Origin: an uncultured Chloroflexia bacterium
GTDB taxonomy: Bacteria; Chloroflexota; Chloroflexia; QHBQ01; JADMIH01
Assembly (NCBI GenBank): GCA_963797095.1
Contig: CAWCNY010000003.1
Coordinates: 96,001-160,000 of the forward strand
Reading direction: 5' to 3'
Length of the DNA stretch: 64,000 nucleotides
Both the position numbers and the translations under genes were made by a program. Shown here piece after piece: positions 8,382 through 17,959 of this stretch (position 1 is the stretch's first letter; each line of letters opens with the position of its first letter). Below the pieces are notes generated by a model that had not been told where the DNA came from, ran no database searches, and saw only the letters and a program-made list of their open reading frames with translations.

Positions 8382-10829
8382 TTACTCACCGTTTCTATTC
8401 GCGCCTGAAATGCCGAGCGCGAACCCAAGAGCCACGTCCATGCCCATTGGGCGACCGCTTTCCTGGGCGTCCTGCCATACCTGGGCGTCAAGGTCTGCTC
8501 GGACGGCCGCTTCGATCTCTTCCCTATCACGCTGATCGTTGGGGTCGAAAAGCGTGCCGCCGAAAGCCGCCAGGGCGTTGCCTGCTCCTATCAGCCGGGC
8601 TGCTTTTCGGGCGTTGCCCTCCGCCCGCTCGATCCCGGCCCAGACGAAGAGACCAGTAGCGAAAGGATAGGGCGACGCCAACTCGCGGAAAAGATGCAGA
8701 GCCTCGCTCAGCAGCTCTTTCGCGCGCTCATACTCCCTGCAATGGTAGAGTACAAAGGCCAGGCTCATCGCCTCCACCGCCACACCTCGTTTATTGCCTA
8801 CCTCGCGGTTCAAAGCCAAACATTTCTCAAAGAAATCGATAGCGCGGGGGTAGTCGCGTTCCGACCTGGCCGCCTCGCCCATGCTGCTCAGCGCTACCGT
8901 CATGCCCTCGTTGTCTCCTATTGCTCGAGAACGTTCGAGACTCTCATCGAGTAAGGCCCATGCTAGTTCTCTATCACCCGGCAGATTCATTTCGTGTATC
9001 AGATGCGCCACTACACGGAGCGCTCTGACGATCCCCTGCTCGTTGTTCAGCGCCCTGTAGACCCGCAAGCACTCCTCGGCCATTACCCTGCAAAGGGGGT
9101 ACTCCCTCGTTCGCCATAGCACCGAGAGCGCGGCGTGCAAAGCCCTGGCTCGGACAAGAGTAGGCTTCAGCGTGTCCCCCACCAGTGACCGCTCCGGGAT
9201 CCGACCGAGCCACCATCTACCCTCGCGCGGGTAGTGGTCGATCCAGAAGGGCCTGAGTGCGCCACCAAACCGGAGGGCGATATCCTCTTCGCCTCGCGCC
9301 AGCGACCACGCTAGCGCGGCCACGGTGTTGCTGTGCTCGCTCTCAAGACGCCCCACCCAGTCAGTTTGCTCCTGCCCCCTCAGGTGGGGTTCGGCGCGCT
9401 CGACCAGGCTCAGGAAGTAGGCCGCGTGCTTTCGCCTTATGTCTTCCGCCTCGTCACTCTCACCCAATCCTTCCAGCGCATATTCTCCTATCAACTCCAG
9501 CATCGTGAAACGGCGCTCCTGGCCCCTGGTCTCGTCACTGACGATGGTGCGCTTCAACAAACTCTTCCCCAGCAGCGATTCAATGCCATCGGTAGCATCT
9601 GGTCCGCACACTGCCTCGGCTGCCTCCAGCGTAAAGCCTCCCACAAACACGCTCAACTGGGATAGGAGCCGCCGCTCGTGAAGTTCCAGAAGTTCGTAGC
9701 TCCAGTCGATGGCCGCGCGCATCGTCTGTTGGCGCGCAGGAAGGTGCGCGAAATGCCTGTGGCGCGCGGGGTTGGCCAGCAAGCTCAACTGCTTATCCAG
9801 GCGAGCAGCCATATCGGCCACCGAAAAGAGCGATACACGGGCCGCTGCCAGCTCGATAGCCAGAGGCAGACCGTCCAGACGCGTGCAGACCGTGGTTATG
9901 TCAGAGGCATTTCGCTCGTTCAATGAGAAGGATGGGTCGACCGCACGCGCTCGTTCCAAGAACAGGGCAATGGCAGGGTAGCTCGGCAGGGTCGCCACAG
10001 CGGGCATGCGTACAGGATTGGGCAACTCGAGAGGAGCGAGCGGTAATTGCTGCTCTCCCATAACATGAAGGGCTTCGCGGCTGGTTACAAGGATTTTCAG
10101 ATGCGCAGACGCGTTGAGTATATCGACCACCAGCGGCGCGGCGTCCAACACCTGCTCGAAGTTGTCGAGCACCAGCAGTACCGTCTTACCGGCCAGGAAA
10201 TGCTTGAGCGAGTCTTGTACAGTCTGGCCACCGCTCTCTGCCAGTCCAATAGTGGCGGCGATTGCCGAGGCCACCGCAGCGGGATCGCTTATGGGGGCTA
10301 ACTCAGAAAAATAGACGCCGTCACTGAAATGCCCTACCAGATTTGCCGCTACTTGCAGGGCCAGGCTAGTCTTACCTATGCCGGGTGCCCCGGTCATAGT
10401 CAGCAGATGAACGTCATCCCTTAGCAGATAATCGCAAGCAGCAGCTACGTCCTTCTCGCGCCCAAACAGCGGTCTGAGGAGCGAAGGCAAATTGGAGGAA
10501 GGCAACCGAGGCATATGCTCGGAGGTCGATGGGAGCGATGTGCCGGTTTGCGACCCATGGCCATTGGCCGATTCGTCCGGCACGGGACCTAGCTCAGAAG
10601 ATTCACCGCGTGCAAAGCTGATAAATTCCTCGTGCTCTTCCGGAGGTATTTTGAGACACTCAGCAAGCCTTTGGGCTACCTGCTTGGAAGGCCGGCGCTG
10701 GCCCACCTCGATCTTATGGATCGTGATTGTGGAGCACCCAACGCGCTCAGCAAGGTCCTCTTGGGTCAGATCAAGGGCACGGCGACGCTGCTTGAGCCAT
10801 ACGTTGAAGGAGATATCCTCTATCCCCAT
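8382..10829 (-). CDS. XRE-HTH / NB-ARC ATPase / TPR (STAND-type) transcriptional regulator
   Basis: LKQRRRALDLTQEDLAERVGCS HTH, GAPGIGKT Walker A, LLVLDNFE Walker B, LDGLPLAIELAA and C-terminal TPR-like helices. The ORF opens at 10883. Confidence 0.92.
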   Translation of the reverse strand: MGIEDISFNVWLKQRRRALDLTQEDLAERVGCSTITIHKIEVGQRRPSKQVAQRLAECLKIPPEEHEEFISFARGESSELGPVPDESANGHGSQTGTSLPSTSEHMPRLPSSNLPSLLRPLFGREKDVAAACDYLLRDDVHLLTMTGAPGIGKTSLALQVAANLVGHFSDGVYFSELAPISDPAAVASAIAATIGLAESGGQTVQDSLKHFLAGKTVLLVLDNFEQVLDAAPLVVDILNASAHLKILVTSREALHVMGEQQLPLAPLELPNPVRMPAVATLPSYPAIALFLERARAVDPSFSLNERNASDITTVCTRLDGLPLAIELAAARVSLFSVADMAARLDKQLSLLANPARHRHFAHLPARQQTMRAAIDWSYELLELHERRLLSQLSVFVGGFTLEAAEAVCGPDATDGIESLLGKSLLKRTIVSDETRGQERRFTMLELIGEYALEGLGESDEAEDIRRKHAAYFLSLVERAEPHLRGQEQTDWVGRLESEHSNTVAALAWSLARGEEDIALRFGGALRPFWIDHYPREGRWWLGRIPERSLVGDTLKPTLVRARALHAALSVLWRTREYPLCRVMAEECLRVYRALNNEQGIVRALRVVAHLIHEMNLPGDRELAWALLDESLERSRAIGDNEGMTVALSSMGEAARSERDYPRAIDFFEKCLALNREVGNKRGVAVEAMSLAFVLYHCREYERAKELLSEALHLFRELASPYPFATGLFVWAGIERAEGNARKAARLIGAGNALAAFGGTLFDPNDQRDREEIEAAVRADLDAQVWQDAQESGRPMGMDVALGFALGISGANRNGE

Positions 10830-10906
10830 CTTCCTTCTACCTCTCACATCGCGCATTGCAGAATGCAGCTTACCAATCGGCAAGCAGTAGGACGTTCAGG
10901 CCCACC

Positions 10907-10976
10907 TGTATGAGCGTTTGTACCAGTGATGTATGGGCAGCAGTATGAACAATTATATCCGATTGCGTGCAACAAT
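10907..10976 (+). promoter_or_regulatory. four direct repeats (TGTATGRGY-like) plus an ACAAT -10-like box upstream of the peptide gene
   Basis: Repeats at 10907, 10919, 10930 and 10942 (spacing 12/11/12); AACAAT at 10971. The same geometry recurs at 13819-13888. Confidence 0.7.
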
Positions 10977-11055
10977 ATGCGCGAGGTAAGCAGGCTTCAA
11001 CGGTATTGAACTATCCGCTGAAGCCCCACAGGGTTCCAAAGGGAGGTGAACAACA

Positions 11056-11133
11056 ATGAAGGCCATTATCAAATACGCCCGCTACGCTCTCGCATCGCTG
11101 GCGACAATTGGCTTCAAACTCTCTTCCAACTGA
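11056..11133 (+). CDS. 25-aa peptide MKAIIKYARYALASLATIGFKLSSN (putative signalling/RiPP precursor)
   Basis: Strong GGGAGGTG RBS before the ATG; basic N-terminus, hydrophobic core and polar tail; first gene of the operon. Below the ORF-track length cutoff. Confidence 0.75.
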   Translation: MKAIIKYARYALASLATIGFKLSSN

Positions 11134-11365
11134 GCGTCAGTAAGTGCCACGGAGTAATCCATCCTGCACCTTGGCATGGACATGGATCGTACACGATCGA
11201 AGTGGGCACTGCCATGTGATATGGGGTGCCCCTTTCTCTATGCAACCATCGACCTTGTTCCCATCTGCAAATGCGCTGCCTGCAGCTATTCAACGTACAT
11301 TGCCAGGACTTCCGTCCCATGATGATCTGTGCGAGTACACTCGTCACTCAATCCAGGAGCACTCA

Positions 11366-12919
11366 GTGATTGAGACTGCTTTCGCGCAACTTCGTTTCGC
11401 AGCCTCACTGCTCTTTGGTATTCGCTTCAGCCAGCGCGCGCTCGACAAAATGATAGACGCCATGCTCGCCACTCGTCAGGAGTTCGGCGCTCTAGGGGAG
11501 GAAGCGCGTGAACTCACTACCGGCCCCACACTGGACGAGGAGACCCGCCGCGACATGCAGCTTCGTCGCTTCCGTAAGCAGGCGACCCGCGCAGCTAACC
11601 AGACGCCTTACTACGGGGAGTTATTCAAGCAGCTAGAGCTGGAGCCGGCAAGATTGAGTTGGAAAGAGGTGCTGCGCATACCTCTCACTCCCAAAGAGCA
11701 CATGCGCGACCGCCCAGGCGACTTCGTCTGTCGGGATGCTCGCCCCGTCTTCCGGACTACCACCACCGGCACGACAGGCTGGCCCACCAGTGTCTCCTTC
11801 TCTGCCTATGAGATGGGCACCTATATAGCCCTGGGAGCAATCGGTCTGCTCAATGAGGGCACTGTCACGGGCGAGGATATTGCCATCATCAGCACCAGCT
11901 CGCGGGCAACGCTGGGCAACCTCTGCGCGGCCGGGGCATTGGCTCGGATAGGAGCACTAGTGTTCAATGGCGGCCTGGTAGATCCCGCCTTAACATTGGC
12001 GCTCCTATCCGAACGACACCGAATCCCTGGGAAGCGAGAGCGAGTGAGCTTGATGGTCACTTATCCCTCGTACCTCGGCGACGTAGTGGAGTGCGGGCAG
12101 CGGTTGGGATACTCGCCGTCCGACTTCGGGGTGCGACGTATCAATGTGAGCGGGGAGATAGTCACCGCGGGGCTGCTGGCCCGCGCGCGCAAGCTCTTTG
12201 GGGATGGCATAGAGTTCGAGAGCGGCTACGGGATAACGGAACACTGGCCTCTAACCGGCATGCTCTGCGAGCAAGACCACCTGCACTTCGAGCCTTCTCA
12301 TGGCCTGATTGAGGTGTACAACCACGAAACTCAGGCGCTTGCCCAGCCGGGTGAGTATGGCACAATCGTGTCTACCCCTTTCTGGCCTCTCAGAGAAACC
12401 ACCCTTGTCATTCGCTATGACACTCAGGACTTAGTGCGCGTGTTCGATGGCCCATTTACATGCCATCTAGAGAACTTGCCCGCCGTATCGAACGTGCGCG
12501 GCAAGCTGAAGCTAGCGGTGAAGCACGAAAGCGGTTGGACATTTCCGCGTGACATCATGGAAGCGTTGGAGGGAGAAGATCTGGCGGACGAAGTGCCGTT
12601 GCCTGCTCGCTTCAGCTTCTGGGCGGTGCCTGGTGGGGTTGCCATAGACACTGTAGTCCGGCGGGGAGCGGACCCGAAGGCAACCAGCCGCCAGGTGACG
12701 AACGCCTTGCAAGAGCGGGGCGTACCCGTTCGGGAGTTGCATCTGATTACCGACAAGAGCCGGCTTCGCAATCCGCTCCCTCTGCGAGGCGACCTGAGGG
12801 AGACTTCGTTTAGCACGTCTAGTATGCCAAGTAAGACCTCCCAAGCGTTGGAAACCCTGCGTCGGGACTCTGAATCAGTAAACCACGTTCCGAGCGATCC
12901 GCTAGCAGTGGGCAAGTAA
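11366..12919 (+). CDS. phenylacetate-CoA ligase (PaaK)-like ANL adenylate-forming enzyme with an N-terminal extension
   Basis: TTTGTTG P-loop, SGE, YGITE and IRYDTQD motifs; AGGAG RBS before GTG 11366 (ORF opens at 11144). Confidence 0.85.
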   Translation: MIETAFAQLRFAASLLFGIRFSQRALDKMIDAMLATRQEFGALGEEARELTTGPTLDEETRRDMQLRRFRKQATRAANQTPYYGELFKQLELEPARLSWKEVLRIPLTPKEHMRDRPGDFVCRDARPVFRTTTTGTTGWPTSVSFSAYEMGTYIALGAIGLLNEGTVTGEDIAIISTSSRATLGNLCAAGALARIGALVFNGGLVDPALTLALLSERHRIPGKRERVSLMVTYPSYLGDVVECGQRLGYSPSDFGVRRINVSGEIVTAGLLARARKLFGDGIEFESGYGITEHWPLTGMLCEQDHLHFEPSHGLIEVYNHETQALAQPGEYGTIVSTPFWPLRETTLVIRYDTQDLVRVFDGPFTCHLENLPAVSNVRGKLKLAVKHESGWTFPRDIMEALEGEDLADEVPLPARFSFWAVPGGVAIDTVVRRGADPKATSRQVTNALQERGVPVRELHLITDKSRLRNPLPLRGDLRETSFSTSSMPSKTSQALETLRRDSESVNHVPSDPLAVGK

Positions 12920-12920
12920 G

Positions 12921-13781
12921 ATGGAGAGCCTAACCTCTTCACGGCTGGTAGTGTTAGCCTTCGCCTTCGCTGCTATCGCTCTGAGCTGGCTTTACTTTCG
13001 CCGCTTCCAGGTCACCCGACCGCCCATCGGCGTGTTCAACCTGACCGACATAGGCATCGTGGTAGGGGGCTTAATCCTGGTGCCGTACTTATATCTGCTC
13101 TTACCTCTCTGGCTGATTGCCGGGCTGCTGACTCTGGGTGCTTTGAGTGTGATCTACTTTCTTTGGGAGCCGGTGCTGCGAGGCCGTCTGTTGGTCTGGC
13201 TGGCAACTCTCGCTCTCTTATGCGCCGATATCTGGGCTGCGCTGCAATTCGGTACAAGCAGCAACGGCTTCTTCATTGTGAATAACATTGTCCTGCTTGC
13301 TATGGTAGTGGGCTTGTCCAACCTGTGGGCGCAAAGTGGTATGCGAGCTAGAGACGTGATGATCCTGGGCAGCTTTCTCATGTTTTACGACCTGACTGCC
13401 ACCTGGCTGCTTCCCGTCATGAGCGACATGATGCTGCGGCTGGCGGGTTTGCCGCTCTCACCCATGTTCGGGTGGGGCATTGGACGCAACAGCGACAGTG
13501 CGAGCGGGAGCGGCCCATTGGCAAGTGTGGGCCTGGGGGACCTGTTGCTGGCCTCAGTGTTCCCCCTGGTTATGTACAAGGCTTTTGGGCGCGCCGGGAG
13601 CTGGGTGGCGATGGTGATAGCACTGGGAGCTATCTCAGCTATCATGCTGGCGCATATAGCAGACACATTCCCCTTGATGATTGTGCTCGCCCCTCTCATG
13701 ATAGCTCAATACGTCTACTGGTCGCGTATGAAGGGCCGTGAGCGCACCACCAGGCAGTATCTGCAGGCTGAGCCGCTGTAG
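12921..13781 (+). CDS. multi-TM GxGD intramembrane aspartyl protease (presenilin/signal-peptide-peptidase-like)
   Basis: About 9 hydrophobic segments, with FYDL and GLGDL motifs in adjacent TMs and a C-terminal FPLM in the position of the PAL motif; starts 1 nt after the ligase stop. Confidence 0.72.
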   Translation: MESLTSSRLVVLAFAFAAIALSWLYFRRFQVTRPPIGVFNLTDIGIVVGGLILVPYLYLLLPLWLIAGLLTLGALSVIYFLWEPVLRGRLLVWLATLALLCADIWAALQFGTSSNGFFIVNNIVLLAMVVGLSNLWAQSGMRARDVMILGSFLMFYDLTATWLLPVMSDMMLRLAGLPLSPMFGWGIGRNSDSASGSGPLASVGLGDLLLASVFPLVMYKAFGRAGSWVAMVIALGAISAIMLAHIADTFPLMIVLAPLMIAQYVYWSRMKGRERTTRQYLQAEPL

Positions 13782-13818
13782 CGTGGGTGATAGTGGCCCC
13801 TATCCCCTCAGGCTCTGT

Positions 13819-13888
13819 TGTATGGGCTTTTGTATGGGTGGTGTATAGGTGAACGTATGCGCAAACTTGCCTAGGAATGCAGCACAAT
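13819..13888 (+). promoter_or_regulatory. second copy of the four-repeat operator plus a CACAAT -10-like box
   Basis: TGTATGGGC 13819, TGTATGGGT 13831, TGTATAGGT 13842, CGTATGCGC 13854; CACAAT at 13883. Confidence 0.7.
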
Positions 13889-13969
13889 GCAACCAGGTCG
13901 CAGCACTACCAGCAGGTCAACAATCCCAATCAACAGGACGCAACTATGGACGATGAGGAAAGAGGTCAA

Positions 13970-14200
13970 ATGAGCAGTATCCCCCATTACAGTTCATCCA
14001 GGCTTTTCCTCGTGCGGGTGTTGGTGGACGAGACCAGTGGGTGCAAAGGCCAGAGGAAGGCGGAGCGGAGCGGGCGAGTGCAGCATGTGGTCACGGGAGA
14101 GGCTCACGACTTTCGCGGTTGGGCCGAGCTACTGCAATACCTCGACACACTTCTGGACGACCCGCCGAACGCCTGCTCCGATAACGGCAGTAACGAGTAA
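13970..14200 (+). CDS. small hypothetical protein (LFLVRV...GRVQHVVTGEAHDF..W.EL)
   Basis: GAGG RBS before ATG 13970; globular-looking beta/alpha sequence; ORF opens at 13877. Confidence 0.65.
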   Translation: MSSIPHYSSSRLFLVRVLVDETSGCKGQRKAERSGRVQHVVTGEAHDFRGWAELLQYLDTLLDDPPNACSDNGSNE

Positions 14201-14284
14201 CGAGTAACAAGTAACCAATCACGAAAAGTAACTACAATATACCGCTATTTCACCCTTGTTGGACGTTTGTTAGGGAGGATCAGG

Positions 14285-17200
14285 ATGGACAAGCACAGGA
14301 ACAGCCTCGACCCACGAACAACCCTGGCTCATTCGCTTTTGCTTCTGAAGGGCATCAGGAAGCATATTCGTGTTCGATTACAAAGCCTCCCGCTCCTGTT
14401 CCTGATCTTGTTTCTCTCAGTTACATCAGGATCGCTTGCTCGCACAGCAAGCGTCTCTGCCATGCGTGCGCCTGCTGGTATTATGCACAATATAGCTGGG
14501 GCAAAGACCGTCGAGTTTGCCTGGCTTGATGGCGGGGGCTTGTTTGAAGTGGCCGCGCAGCCCGTTTGCGCCACTTCCAGTTGCACGAACCCCAGCTTCG
14601 GAGCGGCCACCAATTACAATGTCGGAGCCTACCCCGGCTCAATAGCCAAAAGCGATTTCAATCGGGACGGCAAGATGGACCTTGTCGTTGCGAACTGGGG
14701 CTCAGCGAATATTCGAGAGTTAGTTGGTGATGGCAATGGCGGGTTCGCTTTGACCCTCACGATCGTCGTAGATACGGGAGGCAATTTTCTGAATGTGGAC
14801 GATGTTAACAGGGACGGTAATCCCGATGTCCTTATTGCTCTCTCGAACTCCGGACAGGTAGGGGTATTACTTGGCAACGGTACTGGAGGGTTTGGCCTTG
14901 GCACCTATTATGGTGTCGGCTCCGGTCCATCAGCTGTATCATCAGGCGATTTCAACAGGGACGGCAACCCCGACCTGGCCGTTGCGAACTACTCCTCCAA
15001 CAACATTTCTGTGTTGTTGGGCAACGGCTCCGGCGGGTTCAGCACTGCCGTTTATTTTCCGTCAGGGACTAATCCGGACTCGATTACCGTAGGCGACCTG
15101 AACAAAGACGGCAATCTTGACCTCCTCGCCGCCAACTACGGCTCCAACAGTGTATCCGTTTTGTTGGGTAATGGCTCAGGGGGGTTCAGTGCCGCTGTTA
15201 ACTTCGCTGTGGGCTCGTACCCCGTTTCCGTCACGGTCGGTGATTTCAACAAGGATGATAATCCTGACCTCGCTGCTGCCAATGGGGCAGCCAACACCGT
15301 ATCCATATTGTTGGGCAACGGCACGGGTGGTTTTGGCGCTGCCACCGATTTTTCTGTTGGAGTATCCCCAACCTCTGTGTCCATCGACGACTTCAATCGG
15401 GATGGACAAGCGGATCTGGTGGTTGCCAACGGTGGAGTGAATAATGTGTCGGTGCTCCTGGGCGATGGCGCCGGGAGTTTCGGCATTGCTGTTACCTTTA
15501 CGACAGGTTCGGGCCCCAAATCGCTGGTAACGGGCGACTTCAACAGAGACGGTAGCCCGGACCTGGCGGTTGTCGCCAGTACGTCCAACTCCCTTTCCGT
15601 GCTGCTGAACACCTGCAATCTCGTTTGCCCTTCGCCCACATTTGGCGGTCTCACCCCCTATGCAGCCGGGGTGGGCCCGTTTGAGGGAGCCGCAGGTGAC
15701 TTCAATAAGGACGGGATCCTCGACCTGGCGGTGGCCCGCCGGTATGCCAACAGCGTAGCTATACTCCCCGGCAACAGCAGCGGAGGATTCGGCGCGACCA
15801 CCAACTATGCTACAGGCGCGCAGCCACTAGCGGTGTCAACAGGCGATTTCAACAGAGACGGGAATCTTGATCTCGTAACACCTGATTTCGGGTCCAATAC
15901 CGTGTCGGTGTTGCTCGGCAACGGCTCAGGCGGCTTCGGCACGGCCACAGCTTATACGGTTGGGGCCGGTCCGGAAAGCGTGGTAGTGGGCGACTTCAAT
16001 AGAGACGGGAAGCTCGACCTGGCCGTGGCCTGCTCGGTGGACGGTCTCATCTACGTGTTGATAGGCAACGGCAGCGGAGGCTTCACTGCGGCATCGAGCA
16101 ACGGTGTAAGTTCTTTCCCCATCTTTGTGACAACCGGCGACTTCAATAGGGATGGCATCCTGGACTTGGCTACTGCCGCCTACTCAAGCAACTATGTGGC
16201 TGTGTTACTGGGCAACAGCTCCGGCGGCTTCGCAAGCGCCAGTTACTTCGCTGTTGGTACAAACCCCAGGTCTGTGGCGGTGAGCGACCTCAATCTGGAT
16301 GGCGTCCTCGACCTGACCGCAGCGAACTATGGCTCAAGCGATCTATCGGTCCTGCTCGGCAATGGCTCCGGCGGGTTCGGTGCCGCCACTAACTATATAA
16401 CTGGGTCAAATCCCGAGTCGACCGTAGTGGGCGACTTCAACCGCGATGGAGTTCCGGATGCTGCGGTAGCGGCTGTCTACAGCGATCAGGTTATGCTTGG
16501 CAACGGTAGCGGAGGTTTCGGCACTCCTTCAAGCTATGGTTCGGGTGCGGTTGGAGTGCTGGCAGGGGACTTCAACAGGGATGGCGGCCTCGACCTGGCT
16601 TTCAGTAACTACAACACCAATTCTGTAGATGTGCTGCTGAACGCTTGCGGCACCAACATCCCCACGCCCACCCCCACAGGCACTCCCACTAACACGCCCA
16701 CACGCACGAACACGGTGCCACCTACCACCACTCCCACACGCACCAGCACGGCTGCCAACACGCCAAGCCCGACAAATACACCCACCAACACGCCAACCCC
16801 GACGCCAACCCTGACCAATACAGCTTCGGCAACGCCCACGCGCACGCCTACGCGCATGCCGACATCTTTGCCCACCAACACGCCTACCCATACGAGCACG
16901 CCCCCGCCTACGCAGACTCAGGGCGGCCCATCGGCCACGCCCGTGCCGAGCAATACGCCTACCAGCACCTTTACGGCCATACCAACGCACACGCACACAG
17001 CCACACCGACAGGCACGAATACGCCCAGAATTACGCCCACAGTTACGCCCACTAACACACCTACCAGCACACCTCAGCCCACGCAGACTCAGGGCGGTCC
17101 ATCAGCCACTGCCGTACCGAGCAACACGGCCACAACTGTGCCTACCAATACCCCTGCCGGGACAGCTACCGGCACGCCCACCAGTACCCCCACTACCGTG

Positions 17201-17959
17201 CAGGGCACAACTAATACACCTCAGCCATCCGATACTCCTATCGCCACATCTACTTCCTGCCCGATCCAATTCACCGACGTGCCCCAGAATAGTCCGTTCT
17301 ACTCGTATATCAGGTGCATGGTTTGCCGCGGGCTGGTCAATGGCTACTCGTCGGGCTGCGAGAACGGCAACCCATGCTTCCGACCAGGCAATAACGTGAC
17401 GCGTGGTCAATTGGCTAAGATCGTGGCTAACGCTGCAGGCTTCAGCGACCACATCCCCTCCAGCCAGCAGAACTTTGACGACGTGCTCCCCAGCAACGCC
17501 TTCTGGCTCTACATCGAGAGGGTGTATGCCCACCATGTCATCGCCGGCTACGCAGGAGACGGTGTGACGGTCAACCCATGCACAGGACAGGTGGAACAAA
17601 GCGGGCATATATACTTCCGCCCATGCAACAATGCCACCAGAGGGCAGATAGCCAAGATCGACTCCGTGGCTGCCGGCTACTCTGATGTCATCCCTAGTAG
17701 CCAGCAAACCTTCGATGACGTATCCCTCTCCAACCCGTTCTGGCTCTACATTGAGAGGGTGCACCTGCACTCGGTAATCAGCGGCTACACAGGAGACGGT
17801 GTGACGGTCAACCCATGCACAGGACAGGTGGAACAAAGCGGGCATATATACTTCCGCCCATGCAACAACGCCACCAGAGGGCAAACCTCGAAGATAGTTG
17901 CCAACACGTCCCTCCCTAACTGTGAAACACTAGGTGCCATCGAACAGCCGCGTCGATAG
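14285..17959 (+). CDS. FG-GAP/VCBS repeat surface protein (2 x 7 blades) with a Pro/Thr linker and C-terminal SLH domains
   Basis: 14 DFNxDG repeats in two Cys-bounded groups of 7, a long PT-rich stalk, and FTDV/TRGQ SLH motifs; GGGAGG RBS. Confidence 0.9.
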   Translation: MDKHRNSLDPRTTLAHSLLLLKGIRKHIRVRLQSLPLLFLILFLSVTSGSLARTASVSAMRAPAGIMHNIAGAKTVEFAWLDGGGLFEVAAQPVCATSSCTNPSFGAATNYNVGAYPGSIAKSDFNRDGKMDLVVANWGSANIRELVGDGNGGFALTLTIVVDTGGNFLNVDDVNRDGNPDVLIALSNSGQVGVLLGNGTGGFGLGTYYGVGSGPSAVSSGDFNRDGNPDLAVANYSSNNISVLLGNGSGGFSTAVYFPSGTNPDSITVGDLNKDGNLDLLAANYGSNSVSVLLGNGSGGFSAAVNFAVGSYPVSVTVGDFNKDDNPDLAAANGAANTVSILLGNGTGGFGAATDFSVGVSPTSVSIDDFNRDGQADLVVANGGVNNVSVLLGDGAGSFGIAVTFTTGSGPKSLVTGDFNRDGSPDLAVVASTSNSLSVLLNTCNLVCPSPTFGGLTPYAAGVGPFEGAAGDFNKDGILDLAVARRYANSVAILPGNSSGGFGATTNYATGAQPLAVSTGDFNRDGNLDLVTPDFGSNTVSVLLGNGSGGFGTATAYTVGAGPESVVVGDFNRDGKLDLAVACSVDGLIYVLIGNGSGGFTAASSNGVSSFPIFVTTGDFNRDGILDLATAAYSSNYVAVLLGNSSGGFASASYFAVGTNPRSVAVSDLNLDGVLDLTAANYGSSDLSVLLGNGSGGFGAATNYITGSNPESTVVGDFNRDGVPDAAVAAVYSDQVMLGNGSGGFGTPSSYGSGAVGVLAGDFNRDGGLDLAFSNYNTNSVDVLLNACGTNIPTPTPTGTPTNTPTRTNTVPPTTTPTRTSTAANTPSPTNTPTNTPTPTPTLTNTASATPTRTPTRMPTSLPTNTPTHTSTPPPTQTQGGPSATPVPSNTPTSTFTAIPTHTHTATPTGTNTPRITPTVTPTNTPTSTPQPTQTQGGPSATAVPSNTATTVPTNTPAGTATGTPTSTPTTVQGTTNTPQPSDTPIATSTSCPIQFTDVPQNSPFYSYIRCMVCRGLVNGYSSGCENGNPCFRPGNNVTRGQLAKIVANAAGFSDHIPSSQQNFDDVLPSNAFWLYIERVYAHHVIAGYAGDGVTVNPCTGQVEQSGHIYFRPCNNATRGQIAKIDSVAAGYSDVIPSSQQTFDDVSLSNPFWLYIERVHLHSVISGYTGDGVTVNPCTGQVEQSGHIYFRPCNNATRGQTSKIVANTSLPNCETLGAIEQPRR

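Noticed and set aside
14600-16650. Regular ~165-bp repeats as an array or diversity-generating element
   Set aside because: They are protein-level FG-GAP repeats with synonymous divergence.
17460-17900. 240-bp duplication next to an RT as a DGR template/variable repeat pair
   Set aside because: Both copies are in-frame SLH repeats, the differences are not adenine-specific, and the adjacent RTs are group II intron IEPs with DV/DVI.
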